Numbered from the stretch's first letter, positions 35,615 through 44,206 are shown. The stretch: 48,366 nucleotides of DNA from an uncultured Erysipelotrichaceae bacterium (GCA_902800255.1 CADCDV010000001.1:1-48366); one strand, 5' to 3'. Program-made: numbers and translations. Notes: a model not told the origin generated them from the sequence alone.

Positions 35615-38187
35615 ATGGCAGACAAAAAATATGTATTCTCCTTCAAGGAAGCCCACGAGCAAAAGCTCGGCAAGGAAATCCTTGGCGGAAAAGGCTTTGG
35701 TCTTGCCGAGATGACAGCCGCTGGCGTCAACATCCCAGCCGGTTTCACAATCTCGACCGAAGCTTGCAACCTCTACTACAAATCCGGAAAACAGATTCCA
35801 GATTACGTGTGGAATGACGTCGTGGCCCATCTCCACGAAGTTGAAAAACTTACCGGAAAAGAGTTCGGCGGCAAAGGAATGCCGTTACTCGTTTCTGTCC
35901 GTTCTGGCGCTCGTACCTCGATGCCAGGCATGATGGACACCATTCTTAACTTGGGTTTAAACGATGACACCGTTGAAGCCATGGTCAAAGCTACCGGCAA
36001 TGAGCGTTTCGCTTACGATAGCTACCGCCGCTTCATCTTGATGTTCACCAACATCGCCAAAGGTCACCCAAGGACTGAAATGGACAAGATGCTCGACAAG
36101 CTTAAAGAGGACAACGGTTACAAACTTGATACCGAAGTCACCGCCGAGCAGCTCAAAGGCTTAGTTGCCAAGTACAAAGAGTACTACAAATCCGTCTTCG
36201 GTGAGGAATTCCCAACCGATCCATATGTTCAGCTCAAAGAGGCAGTCGCTGCCGTCTTCCGTAGCTGGGACAACCCACGTGCTAACGTTTACCGTCAGAT
36301 GAACGGCATCCCATATGAATGGGGCACCGCCGTCAACGTTCAGAGCATGGTCTTCGGTAACATGGGCGAAGACAGCGGCACTGGTGTCGCTTTCTCCCGT
36401 TCCCCATCCACCGGTGAAAAGAAAATCTACGCTGAATTCTTACCAAACGCCCAGGGCGAAGACGTCGTCGCTGGTGTTCGCACCCCTCTTCACATCGACG
36501 AGCTCGAGAAGAGAATGCCAGAAGTTTACAAAGAATTCATGGCTACCATCACCCGCATGGAAAACTACTTCCACGATATGCAGGATATGGAATACACCAT
36601 CGAGAAAGGCAAGCTCTTCTTCCTCCAGGCCCGTAACGGCAAGAGAACTGCTAGAGCCGCTCTCAAAATCGCTTGCGATTTAGTTGATGAAGGTCTCATC
36701 GATGAGAAAGAAGCCGTTCTCCGCGTCGAGCCAAAACAGCTCAACGACTTACTCCACCCAACCTTCGACGAAGCTGACCTCAAGAAGCATGACGCCGTTA
36801 TCCACGGTCTTCCAGCTTCCCCAGGCGCTGGCACTGGTGCCATCGTCTTCAGCGCTGAAGAATGCAAAGCCCAGCATGATGCTGGCAAGAAGGTTGTTCT
36901 TGTCCGTGCCGAGACTTCCCCAGAAGACATCATCGGTATGGTCAACTCCGAAGCTATCCTTACCGCCCGTGGAGGCATGACCTCCCACGCCGCAGTCGTC
37001 GCCCGTTCCATGGGTAAGTGCTGCGTCGCCGGTGCTACCGAGATCGTTGTTGACGAAGAAGCCAAGGTTGTCAAAGTTGGCGACCGTGTCTTCAAAGAAG
37101 GTGACATCCTTTCCGTCAACGGTTCTACTGGTCTCGTCTACGAAGGCGAAATCAAGATGGTTCCAGCCAACCTTGGTGGCGACTTCGGTCGCTTAATGGC
37201 TTGGGCCGACAAATATCGTCGCTTAAAGGTCCGTGCCAACTGCAACACCCCAGAAGACGCCCAGAACGCCCGTAGATTCGGTGCCGAAGGCATTGGTCTT
37301 TGCAGAACTGAGCGTATGTTCTTCGCTCCAGACAGAATCCTCAACATGAGATCCATGATTCTTTCTGACACCACTGAACAGCGTGAAGCCGCTCTCGAAA
37401 GAATCCGTCCATTCATCGCTGACGACTTCTACCAGATGTATCTTGCTAACCCAGATTCCATGGTTAACATCCGTTTACTTGACCCGCCTCTCCACGAGTT
37501 CTTACCAGAAGCCAACGACGAAGCCAACATCAAAGACATCGCCGAAAAGCTCGGTGTCGTCTCTGTGTTGCTTACCCAGAGATCTACGCCATGCTCGCCC
37601 GCGCCATCGTCCAGGCTGCCATCAAGGCCAGCAAGGAACTTGGCCACGAAGTTGAGCCAGAGATCATGATCCCTCTCGCTGGCGAACTCAAAGAATACGA
37701 GTGGGCCAAGAGCGTTGTCGTCGAGGCTGTTGAAGCTGAGATGGCTAAAGCCAACACCAAACTCGTCTACCACGTTGGTACCATGATTGAAATCCCAAGG
37801 GGCGCCCTCCGCGCCGGGGACCTTGCCAAAGAGGCAGAGTTCTTCTCCTTCGGAACCAACGACTTAACCCAGCTCACCATGGGCTTCTCCCGTGATGATG
37901 CCGGTCAGTTCTTGCCATACTACTACAACCGCAAGATCTACGAATTCGACCCATTCCAGACCATCGATGTCAACGGTGTCGGCGAACTCGTTAAGATTGC
38001 TGTTGAACGTGGCCGTGCTACCCGCCCAGACCTCTTGCTCGGTGTCTGCGGTGAAACCGGTGGCGATCCAGCTTCCATCATGTTCTATGATGAAGTCGGT
38101 CTCGACTATGTCAGCTGCTCACCATTCCGTGTCCCACTTGCTAGACTCGCTGCTGCTCAGGCCAGCATCACCCACAGCAAGAAATAA
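35615..38187 (+). pseudogene. ppdK: Pyruvate, phosphate dikinase, disrupted by an internal deletion plus frameshift near 37554 (fragments 35615-37669 and ~37555-38187)
   Basis: The N-terminal fragment has the ATP-grasp and phosphohistidine domains (..GGMTSHAAVVAR..) through ..LDPPLHEFLP...IAEKLG, then 38 non-homologous aa to a stop. A second frame, opening at ~37555, carries CRLCVAYPEIYAM...EIMIPL...GTMIEIPRGAL...FFSFGTNDLTQ...CGE.GGDP...SCSPFRVP. The ~24-aa segment with NPM.GHRG is absent. Confidence 0.85.
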
Positions 38188-38208
38188 TCGCTTCAAAACG
38201 ATAAAATC

Positions 38209-38236
38209 GCAGGCGTGAAATATCGCCTGCTTTTTT
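38209..38236 (+). terminator. Rho-independent terminator after ppdK
   Basis: gcaggcg (38209-38215) pairs with cgcctgc (38224-38230), followed by T6. Confidence 0.7.
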
Positions 38237-38265
38237 ATTGGCGTTTTTAGGCCCCGTACGCGTAT

Positions 38266-38299
38266 AAAAGAAAAAGGCCTCGAATAATTTGTGAGGCCT
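38266..38299 (-). terminator. Rho-independent terminator after the DinJ/RelB-like gene
   Basis: aggcctc (38275-38281) pairs with gaggcct (38293-38299). The U-tract on minus comes from aaaagaaaaa at 38266-38275. Confidence 0.6.
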
Positions 38300-38339
38300 A
38301 TCTGAAATCGCGCAATTTGGGGCGTTTTTCAGCCAAGAA

Positions 38340-38621
38340 TCATAGTTTATCGATGGCGGCGCGGATAGAATCGCTGCCAGGAAGCTCAAACTCATCGTCA
38401 TCGAGAACTGGCTTGGCTTTCTTTTTTGCTTTTGGTTTTGGCACTTCAACCGGTTCTGCCTTCCTAACCTTCATATCGAATGGGATGCCGTTTTCGCGGA
38501 CGATCGCCTTGAGATAAAGGATGATGGCGGCAGACATCGAAATACCTAATTCATCAACAACCTTTTCAGCTTGTTTTTTGATATTGCTATCTATTCTTAA
38601 ATTCAAAGTTGTCTTCGGCAT
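38340..38621 (-). CDS. RelB/DinJ-family antitoxin-like ribbon-helix-helix protein with a K/P-rich linker and acidic C-terminal segment; no adjacent toxin gene
   Basis: MPKTTLNLRIDSNIKKQAEKVVDELGISMSAAIILYLKAIVRENGIPFDM is a textbook DinJ/RelB N-terminal domain. The C-terminus reads ..PKPKAKKKAKPVLDDDEFELPGSDSIRAAIDKL. Confidence 0.7.
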   Translation of the reverse strand: MPKTTLNLRIDSNIKKQAEKVVDELGISMSAAIILYLKAIVRENGIPFDMKVRKAEPVEVPKPKAKKKAKPVLDDDEFELPGSDSIRAAIDKL

Positions 38622-38636
38622 TTTTGTTATTTTTCC

Positions 38637-38670
38637 TTGTAACGCTCTTGTATATACATTGTAACGCTCT
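38637..38670. promoter_or_regulatory. Candidate operator: 12-nt direct repeat TTGTAACGCTCT x2 flanking the palindrome TGTATATACA, 16 nt upstream of the DinJ-like start
   Basis: Repeat 1 at 38637-38648, palindrome at 38649-38658, repeat 2 at 38659-38670. The period is 22 bp. On the minus strand it contains the -10-like hexamer TACAAT. Confidence 0.5.
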
Positions 38671-38679
38671 ATTTAGATA

Positions 38680-38704
38680 AAGAAAAGCCTCCGTTTCCGG
38701 AGGC
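38680..38704 (-). terminator. Rho-independent terminator after the glmU-like gene
   Basis: gcctccg (38687-38693) pairs with cggaggc (38698-38704). On minus it is followed by ttttct. Confidence 0.65.
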
Positions 38705-38722
38705 GAAAATTGTTAATTTAGC

Positions 38723-39727
38723 TTATTTGACGTTAGCGAACGGGCCAACGACTTCACCGTCTTTGACTTCAGCGTTAACAACGTTGCTTAAGACGACTTT
38801 AGCGTGGTTGCCAATCTTGGCATCTTTGAGGATGGCGCTTGGGCCAATCACGGATTCCTCACCAATAACGGTGTCGCCCATGATGTATGTGCATGGCGCA
38901 ATCGTGGTATCCTGGCCGATTTTGACGGTTGGAGCGATATAAGTGTTGTCTGGGTCTTCGATTGAGACGCCAGCGACCATGTGGGCTTTATTGATGCGCT
39001 TCTGGATGATCTTGGCGGCAATGGAAAGCTGGTTTCTGTCATTAACACCAAGGGTTTCGTCTGGGTCTTTGACTGGGTAGGAGCCTACTTTAAAGCCATT
39101 ATTAACGAAGATTCCAAGGACGTCGGTCAAATAATACTCACCGGCGGCGTTTTTCGTTGTAAGGTGGCCTAATGCTTCAAATAACTTGGCATTATCGAAG
39201 ACGTAGACGCCAGCGTTAACTTCGTTAATGGCTCTTTCTTCTTCGGTAGCATCCTTCTGCTCAACGATTTTGGTAACGTTTCCGTTAACTTTGACGATTC
39301 TTCCGTATCCGAATGGATCTTCGAGGATAGAGGTCATAACGGTCATGGCGTTGCCGTTCTCTTCGTGGGCTTTGAATAAAGCTTCAAAGGTTTCGGTGGT
39401 AAGAAGAGGGGTGTCGCCACAGCAGACGATTGTTTCGCCCTCAAGCTTATCGAGAACTGGGGCCGCCATCATAACAGCGTGGCCAGTTCCTTTTTGTTCT
39501 AACTGCCAAACGACTTCACATTCATCTTTGACAATCTTTTCGCTGGTTTTGCCACCAAAGCCAACAACGGCGACAAGCTTCTTGAATCCAAGAGGCTTCA
39601 AAGCATTGATGACATACTTAACGAGAGGCTGGCCAAGGATAGGGAAAGAGACCTTAGAGATGTCGTCTCTCTTGCTCTTCATTCTGGTGCCTTTGCCGGC
39701 CGCCAATATAATTGCGTACTTTTCCAT
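38723..39727 (-). CDS. glmU: GlmU-like sugar-1-phosphate uridylyltransferase with a truncated left-handed beta-helix (ends at the equivalent of about residue 335 of 456-aa GlmU)
   Basis: MEKYAIILAAGKGTRMKS..., ..GTGHAV.., ..CGDTPLL.., ..EQKDATEEER.I.EVN.G.Y.F.., ..GEYYLTD.., then LbH hexapeptide repeats ending ..GPFANVK*. B. subtilis GlmU continues GPFAHIRPDS... for about 120 more residues (recalled from memory). Confidence 0.75.
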   Translation of the reverse strand: MEKYAIILAAGKGTRMKSKRDDISKVSFPILGQPLVKYVINALKPLGFKKLVAVVGFGGKTSEKIVKDECEVVWQLEQKGTGHAVMMAAPVLDKLEGETIVCCGDTPLLTTETFEALFKAHEENGNAMTVMTSILEDPFGYGRIVKVNGNVTKIVEQKDATEEERAINEVNAGVYVFDNAKLFEALGHLTTKNAAGEYYLTDVLGIFVNNGFKVGSYPVKDPDETLGVNDRNQLSIAAKIIQKRINKAHMVAGVSIEDPDNTYIAPTVKIGQDTTIAPCTYIMGDTVIGEESVIGPSAILKDAKIGNHAKVVLSNVVNAEVKDGEVVGPFANVK

Positions 39728-39738
39728 AACGGAACTCC

Positions 39739-40608
39739 TTATTTCATGGTCTTGGTCACACGGACAATATAACCACGGTTCTTAAATAACTTCGCTTGTT
39801 CTTTAACGAATTTAGCGTCTTTGGATAATCCAAAGCAGGCGGATCCGCTTCCAGTCATTGCGGCAACTGGGAATCCGGCCTCCTTTAAAGAGTCTACGAC
39901 TTTCTTAACCTCAGGCAAAACAGATGCTGCCGGTGGGTATAAGTCGTTGCCTGTGGATTTGCCAATGAGTTCAAGGTCGTCTTTGGCTAATCCTTCGAGG
40001 ACTTTCTCGGTGTCTGCGTTCTCTTTTTCAAATTCATCGCAGATTTCAAATATCGCGCCTGTGCTTAAGCCCGTTTTAGGTTTGACAATAAGACAGTGAT
40101 ATTGGGTTTTAACAGGGATTTGCTGTAGATTTTCACCTAAAGAGGTAGCTATTGCAGGCTTTGTATGAAGGAAGAACGGAACGTCTGCCCCAAGGCTTAA
40201 AGCGATGCGGTTGATGGTCTCTGGGTCGGTCTTGATCTTAAGAAGCGAGATAAGGCTTTCGATGACCGCAGCGGCATTAGAAGACCCTCCGCCTAAGCCA
40301 GCGGCAAAAGGAATCTCCTTGTGGATGTTGATGTTGAAGTTATCTTTGAAGCCAAATTCTTTTCTCATGGCTTCGACAGCTTTTGTGCAAAGGTTATGAC
40401 GAAGATTGGCGAGACCGATATCATCACAAGTGATGAACGTATCGAAAGCGCCTGGACGCTTCTCGATTTCGATGACATCGTGAAGCTCAACAGGGATCAT
40501 GACGGTCTCAAGATTGTGGTAGCCGTCTTCTCTTTCGTTTAGAACCTTGAGCGAGAGATTGATCTTCGCATAGGACTTAACTATTTGGTGGGATTTCTCA
40601 AATAACAT
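39739..40608 (-). CDS. ispE: 4-diphosphocytidyl-2-C-methyl-D-erythritol kinase
   Basis: ..AKINLSLKV...R.DGYH.L..... plus the GHMP motif IPFAAGLGGGSSNAAA. Position downstream of rsmA matches Bacilli. Confidence 0.9.
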   Translation of the reverse strand: MLFEKSHQIVKSYAKINLSLKVLNEREDGYHNLETVMIPVELHDVIEIEKRPGAFDTFITCDDIGLANLRHNLCTKAVEAMRKEFGFKDNFNINIHKEIPFAAGLGGGSSNAAAVIESLISLLKIKTDPETINRIALSLGADVPFFLHTKPAIATSLGENLQQIPVKTQYHCLIVKPKTGLSTGAIFEICDEFEKENADTEKVLEGLAKDDLELIGKSTGNDLYPPAASVLPEVKKVVDSLKEAGFPVAAMTGSGSACFGLSKDAKFVKEQAKLFKNRGYIVRVTKTMK

Positions 40609-40649
40609 AATTGTGGAATAACACGATTTTACTAGTTTGATTTCTTAAA

Positions 40650-41456
40650 TCAACTAATAGCCTTTAGGAGGCTTAAATATCCTTCCAAAGAAATCTCCTG
40701 AGGCCTTAGATTTGGCTTGATCCCGGCCTTCTCCAAAACCTCTTTGGCTTTTGCAGAATCTTTTAAGTGCTGGGTGAGGTTGTTATAGACGGTTTTCCTT
40801 TTGTGGAGGAAGAGAGAAGACGCCAAAGAATAGAGCTTATTGGCCTCTTCGAGGTTGTCGTTTTTGATCTTCAAAACGAAGACGCTGGAATCCACGTGAG
40901 GCGCAGGCGCGAAGGAAGTTCTAGGAACGTTGAATCCCTTAATGAAATCAGCACGATATTTGATGAGCAGTCCTAATGGACTGTAATCTTCGCTCCCTTG
41001 AGGAGCTTTCAGTCTAGAAACGACTTCTTTCTGAACCATAAAGACGCCGGTTTTAAGGTTCTTTGCAGTTAGCAAAACCCTCTCGAGGATTGCGCTTGTG
41101 ATGTAGTAAGGAAGGTTGCTGATGATCTTCGTGTATTTTTCGTAATCCCATTTCATGGCGTTGCCAACCATTGGGCTTACGGTCTTTGAATTGGCGTAAT
41201 CTTCCTTTAGTTTCTGAACTAAACCTTCATCGATGTCGATTAAGTCTGCCTTAGCGGTGCTCTGTTCGATGAAATACGAAAGCGATCCAGCACCAGAGCC
41301 GATTTCCAAAACGGTGTCCGACTCGTCGATAGTGGCTAAATCGACAATCTTCTTTGCTGCGTCGGCATCAATAAGGAAGTTCTGGCCAACTTCGTGTTTC
41401 GCTAAAAGCTTGTACTCAGCGATTTTTTCAAAATATTGTTCTTCATTCATTGCCAA
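40650..41456 (-). CDS. rsmA: 16S rRNA (adenine1518/1519-N6)-dimethyltransferase RsmA/KsgA
   Basis: ..GQNFLID......I........VLEIGSGAGSL.. SAM motif, and ..NLPYYITS... Confidence 0.9.
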   Translation of the reverse strand: MAMNEEQYFEKIAEYKLLAKHEVGQNFLIDADAAKKIVDLATIDESDTVLEIGSGAGSLSYFIEQSTAKADLIDIDEGLVQKLKEDYANSKTVSPMVGNAMKWDYEKYTKIISNLPYYITSAILERVLLTAKNLKTGVFMVQKEVVSRLKAPQGSEDYSPLGLLIKYRADFIKGFNVPRTSFAPAPHVDSSVFVLKIKNDNLEEANKLYSLASSLFLHKRKTVYNNLTQHLKDSAKAKEVLEKAGIKPNLRPQEISLEGYLSLLKAIS

Positions 41457-41985
41457 GAGCCTCCTCTAAATCTTTTCTATCTAGTCCTAAAGCCTGGAGT
41501 CTTTTCAAAAGGGTCTTCCCATTAACCTGATCAACGTGAAGTTTGTTCTCAAGGACCTTTCTTTTGGCAGATGAATCGTTGCCGCCAGCAAGACCAAGCT
41601 CAAACAAATCGTTCATAGTCAAATTTGAAGATTTCTTTTCCTTGGTTTCGAGCATTAAATGGTCCAAAGCTTCCATGATCGTAGCCTTATCAGATTCCGC
41701 CACACCCACTTTATGCTTTTTTATGGCTTTTTCTTTTGGGATGAATGCGTTAAAGAGCCCAGCAATCTCGGTGTTTAAGATGTCTCTAATCCTCTTTCCA
41801 GGAGCATCAGGGTCAGTTAAAACAACAATCGTCCTTGTCTTAGACAAGGCTCTTATGTACTCGATAGTTTCACGTGAAACCTCGGAACCATTAGTAGTAA
41901 CAATGTCTGCATCCAAAAAAGATTGGAGCAAATCCTTATCCATTTTGCCCTCAACGACTATGACATTCGGATATTTTACTTTCAT
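41443..41985 (-). CDS. rnmV: Ribonuclease M5 (Toprim domain)
   Basis: ..VIVVEGKMDKDLL......IVTTNGS.......I......R.IVVLTDPDAPGKRIR... 14-nt overlap with rsmA. Confidence 0.85.
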   Translation of the reverse strand: MKVKYPNVIVVEGKMDKDLLQSFLDADIVTTNGSEVSRETIEYIRALSKTRTIVVLTDPDAPGKRIRDILNTEIAGLFNAFIPKEKAIKKHKVGVAESDKATIMEALDHLMLETKEKKSSNLTMNDLFELGLAGGNDSSAKRKVLENKLHVDQVNGKTLLKRLQALGLDRKDLEEALGNE

Positions 41986-42749
41986 TTGTAGTGAAATAAG
42001 GCCTTAAAGTTATTTTCGACAGCAAATTCCATCTCTTTTTCTGAAATCCCACGCAAATCGGCCATTGTTTGGAGGATTTCTTTGATGTGTGATGGCTCAT
42101 TCTTTTTTCCGCGATATGGAACGGGTGTTAGGTATGGTGAGTCGGTTTCAGTGAGGATCCTGTCTATTGGACACTTTTTCACATTTTTTTTAGGCTCAAC
42201 AGCATTCTTATAAGTGATAGGTCCATCGAATCCGAAGTAGCAACCAAGCTTCGCAAAGCGTTCTAACATCTCTGTGGAACCGCTATAGCAATGGAGAACG
42301 CAACCGGCTTTGGTTGGGTGCTCTTTTAGGATGGTATATGTGTCTTCGCTCGCATCTCTAGCGTGTATCGAAAGAGGTAAATTGAGTTCGTTTGCTAGTT
42401 CGATCTGCTTAATGAACCAAGCCTTCTGGTTATCGTGGTCTTTTTGTTCCTTAAACCAATGGTAATCGAGACCGATTTCCCCTATTGCGATTACCTTTTC
42501 GTCTCTTGCGAGTTTCTTAATCTCTTCTAAAGCATCATCGCTAATGCCTTCGAGGTTCTCCGGATGAAAACCAACAGCTGCGTAGATTCCATCATACTCG
42601 TGTGCGATTTGGATGGCTTTCTTGGAACTTTCTAAGTCCCAGCCAATGCAAACCATTAAAGAAACGCCTGCTTCTTTGGCATTCTTAATTACTTCAGCCC
42701 TCTTATCGAAGAGGTCGTCATCATTTAAATGGCAATGTGAGTCGAGCAT
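41982..42749 (-). CDS. tatD: TatD-family metal-dependent DNase/hydrolase (YabD-like)
   Basis: MLDSHCHLND... ..GEIGLDY.. ..SIHARDA.. ..H.YSGS.. ..TETDSPYL... Confidence 0.9.
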   Translation of the reverse strand: MLDSHCHLNDDDLFDKRAEVIKNAKEAGVSLMVCIGWDLESSKKAIQIAHEYDGIYAAVGFHPENLEGISDDALEEIKKLARDEKVIAIGEIGLDYHWFKEQKDHDNQKAWFIKQIELANELNLPLSIHARDASEDTYTILKEHPTKAGCVLHCYSGSTEMLERFAKLGCYFGFDGPITYKNAVEPKKNVKKCPIDRILTETDSPYLTPVPYRGKKNEPSHIKEILQTMADLRGISEKEMEFAVENNFKALFHYK

Positions 42750-42750
42750 T

Positions 42751-44085
42751 CTATTTTCCTACGCAGAATCTTGAGAAGATCTCGTCAGTTAAATCAAGCG
42801 TGGCACCCTCTCCTAAAAGCTCTCTAGCTCCGTTATAGGCCGCCATTAAATTAACCGACACCAAATCGATTGGCGCCTGCTTTAAAGCGTCTTCTTTAGC
42901 TTTAGCCAAATGTTCATCAATACTCATCAATAAACCGAGCTGGCGGGCACTAGAAAGCGACGGTGAGGTGAACGCCTCATCAGACAAACCAAGCTCTTCA
43001 TAAATCTTATCTAAGAGAGGCTTAATGTCTTTGTTGATCGCGCTGATATAGAGCTTATCTTTATCGGTGTTTTTGATGAGGTCGCTCTTGTTATAGACGG
43101 TGATCAAAATCTTGTCTTTGGCGAGCTCTCTAATTCTTAAATCCTCAGGAGATTCGCCTTTTTCAGCATCTATAACGTGAATAATGAGATCGGCTTTGGT
43201 AATCGATTCTTCGCTTTTGGCTATGCCAAGGGCTTCAATCTTGTCGGCGTTGTTTCTAATGCCGGCAGTATCTAATAAATGAAGCGAGATCCCTTTAACT
43301 GAAACATCTCCTTCAACAACGTCGCGGGTCGTTCCAGGAATATCAGAGACGATGGCTTTTTCTTCGTTCATCAAAGCGTTCAAAAGTGATGATTTTCCAA
43401 CGTTTGGTTCGCCAACAATCGCGACCTTTAAGCCTTCTTTGACGATCTTTCCTTCCTTGCCACCTTTGATGAGGTCTGCGATGGTGTTTCTGATCTCGTT
43501 TATATGCTCAACAATGGTCTTTTCGTTAATCTCTTCGATATCCTCATATTCAGGGAAGTCGATATTAACCTCTAGCAAAGCTAGAAGGTCGGCAATTTGC
43601 TTCTTTAGAGGGTCAACAAGCTTACTTGTTTCTCCGCTTAAGGACATTAAGTTAAGGTTCTTAGATTCAGCGGTTGTTGCGTTAATCAAATCATTAACGG
43701 ATTCAGCCTCAATAAGGTCCATTTTCCCGTTATAGAAAGCACGGGAAGAGAATTCTCCACGTGTTGCGTATTTGGCGCCTCTTTTGATATAGGCTTCGAT
43801 GATCTGATTAGCGATGAGCATCGAGCCATGGCAGGAGATCTCAACGATATCTTCGCCGGTAAAGGTGTTTGGTCCTTTAAAAGCCATAACCAAAACCAAG
43901 TCTATAGGCTGACCATTATCGCTCATGGTGCCGTAATAGATTTCTCTTTTGGTTGTGCCACTGACCTTCTTGCTGAAGATCTGGTCTGTCATCTCAAAAG
44001 CCCCGTCTCCAGAGACTCTGATGAGGGCTAGCGCTCCTTTGAGCGGCGGTGTTGCTAAGGCGATGATTACGTTATTCACAAACAA
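42751..44085 (-). CDS. mnmE: tRNA modification GTPase MnmE/TrmE
   Basis: ..IALATPP.KGALALIRVSG.., G-domain GEPNVGKSSLLNAL, DTAGIR, NKSD, and the C-terminal ..FCVGK motif. The start is uncertain: a TTG at 44085 or a GTG two codons later, with no clear RBS. Confidence 0.9.
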   Translation of the reverse strand: MFVNNVIIALATPPLKGALALIRVSGDGAFEMTDQIFSKKVSGTTKREIYYGTMSDNGQPIDLVLVMAFKGPNTFTGEDIVEISCHGSMLIANQIIEAYIKRGAKYATRGEFSSRAFYNGKMDLIEAESVNDLINATTAESKNLNLMSLSGETSKLVDPLKKQIADLLALLEVNIDFPEYEDIEEINEKTIVEHINEIRNTIADLIKGGKEGKIVKEGLKVAIVGEPNVGKSSLLNALMNEEKAIVSDIPGTTRDVVEGDVSVKGISLHLLDTAGIRNNADKIEALGIAKSEESITKADLIIHVIDAEKGESPEDLRIRELAKDKILITVYNKSDLIKNTDKDKLYISAINKDIKPLLDKIYEELGLSDEAFTSPSLSSARQLGLLMSIDEHLAKAKEDALKQAPIDLVSVNLMAAYNGARELLGEGATLDLTDEIFSRFCVGK

Positions 44086-44206
44086 ATTATACCTTTGTTA
44101 AAAGGTAAAATGGTGTTTTCGTTCCAAAATCGTAGTTAATGGCAGTTTTGCTTACTTTTTCAGGGCTAAAAAATAAAAATTTAAGCAGGATTTGCTGATG
44201 ATTTTC

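Noticed and set aside
37550-37670. Programmed ribosomal frameshift, intein or intron as an explanation for the split ppdK
   Set aside because: No slippery heptamer or stimulatory structure is present at the junction. Conserved residues (NPM.GHRG) are simply missing rather than displaced, and nothing is inserted. Deletion or an assembly error is the simpler explanation.
38188-38339. A possible small toxin ORF downstream of the DinJ-like antitoxin
   Set aside because: The 152-nt gap is occupied by two convergent rho-independent terminators (38209-38236 on plus, 38266-38299 on minus). It holds no start/RBS-supported ORF. The 93-aa track ORF at 38168-38449 is out of frame, overlaps the antitoxin and has no homology.
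39228-39785. 185-aa plus-strand ORF, plus similar long antisense ORFs (for example 36565-37119, 23613-24116, 14023-14541, 20776-21270, 22129-22536, 41543-42007)
   Set aside because: Each is fully embedded antisense in a gene with strong homology (glmU-like, ppdK, S4/mfd, lysS, ftsH, tilS, rnmV). The products are S/L/P/T-rich without recognisable motifs, which is typical of frame shadows at this GC content.
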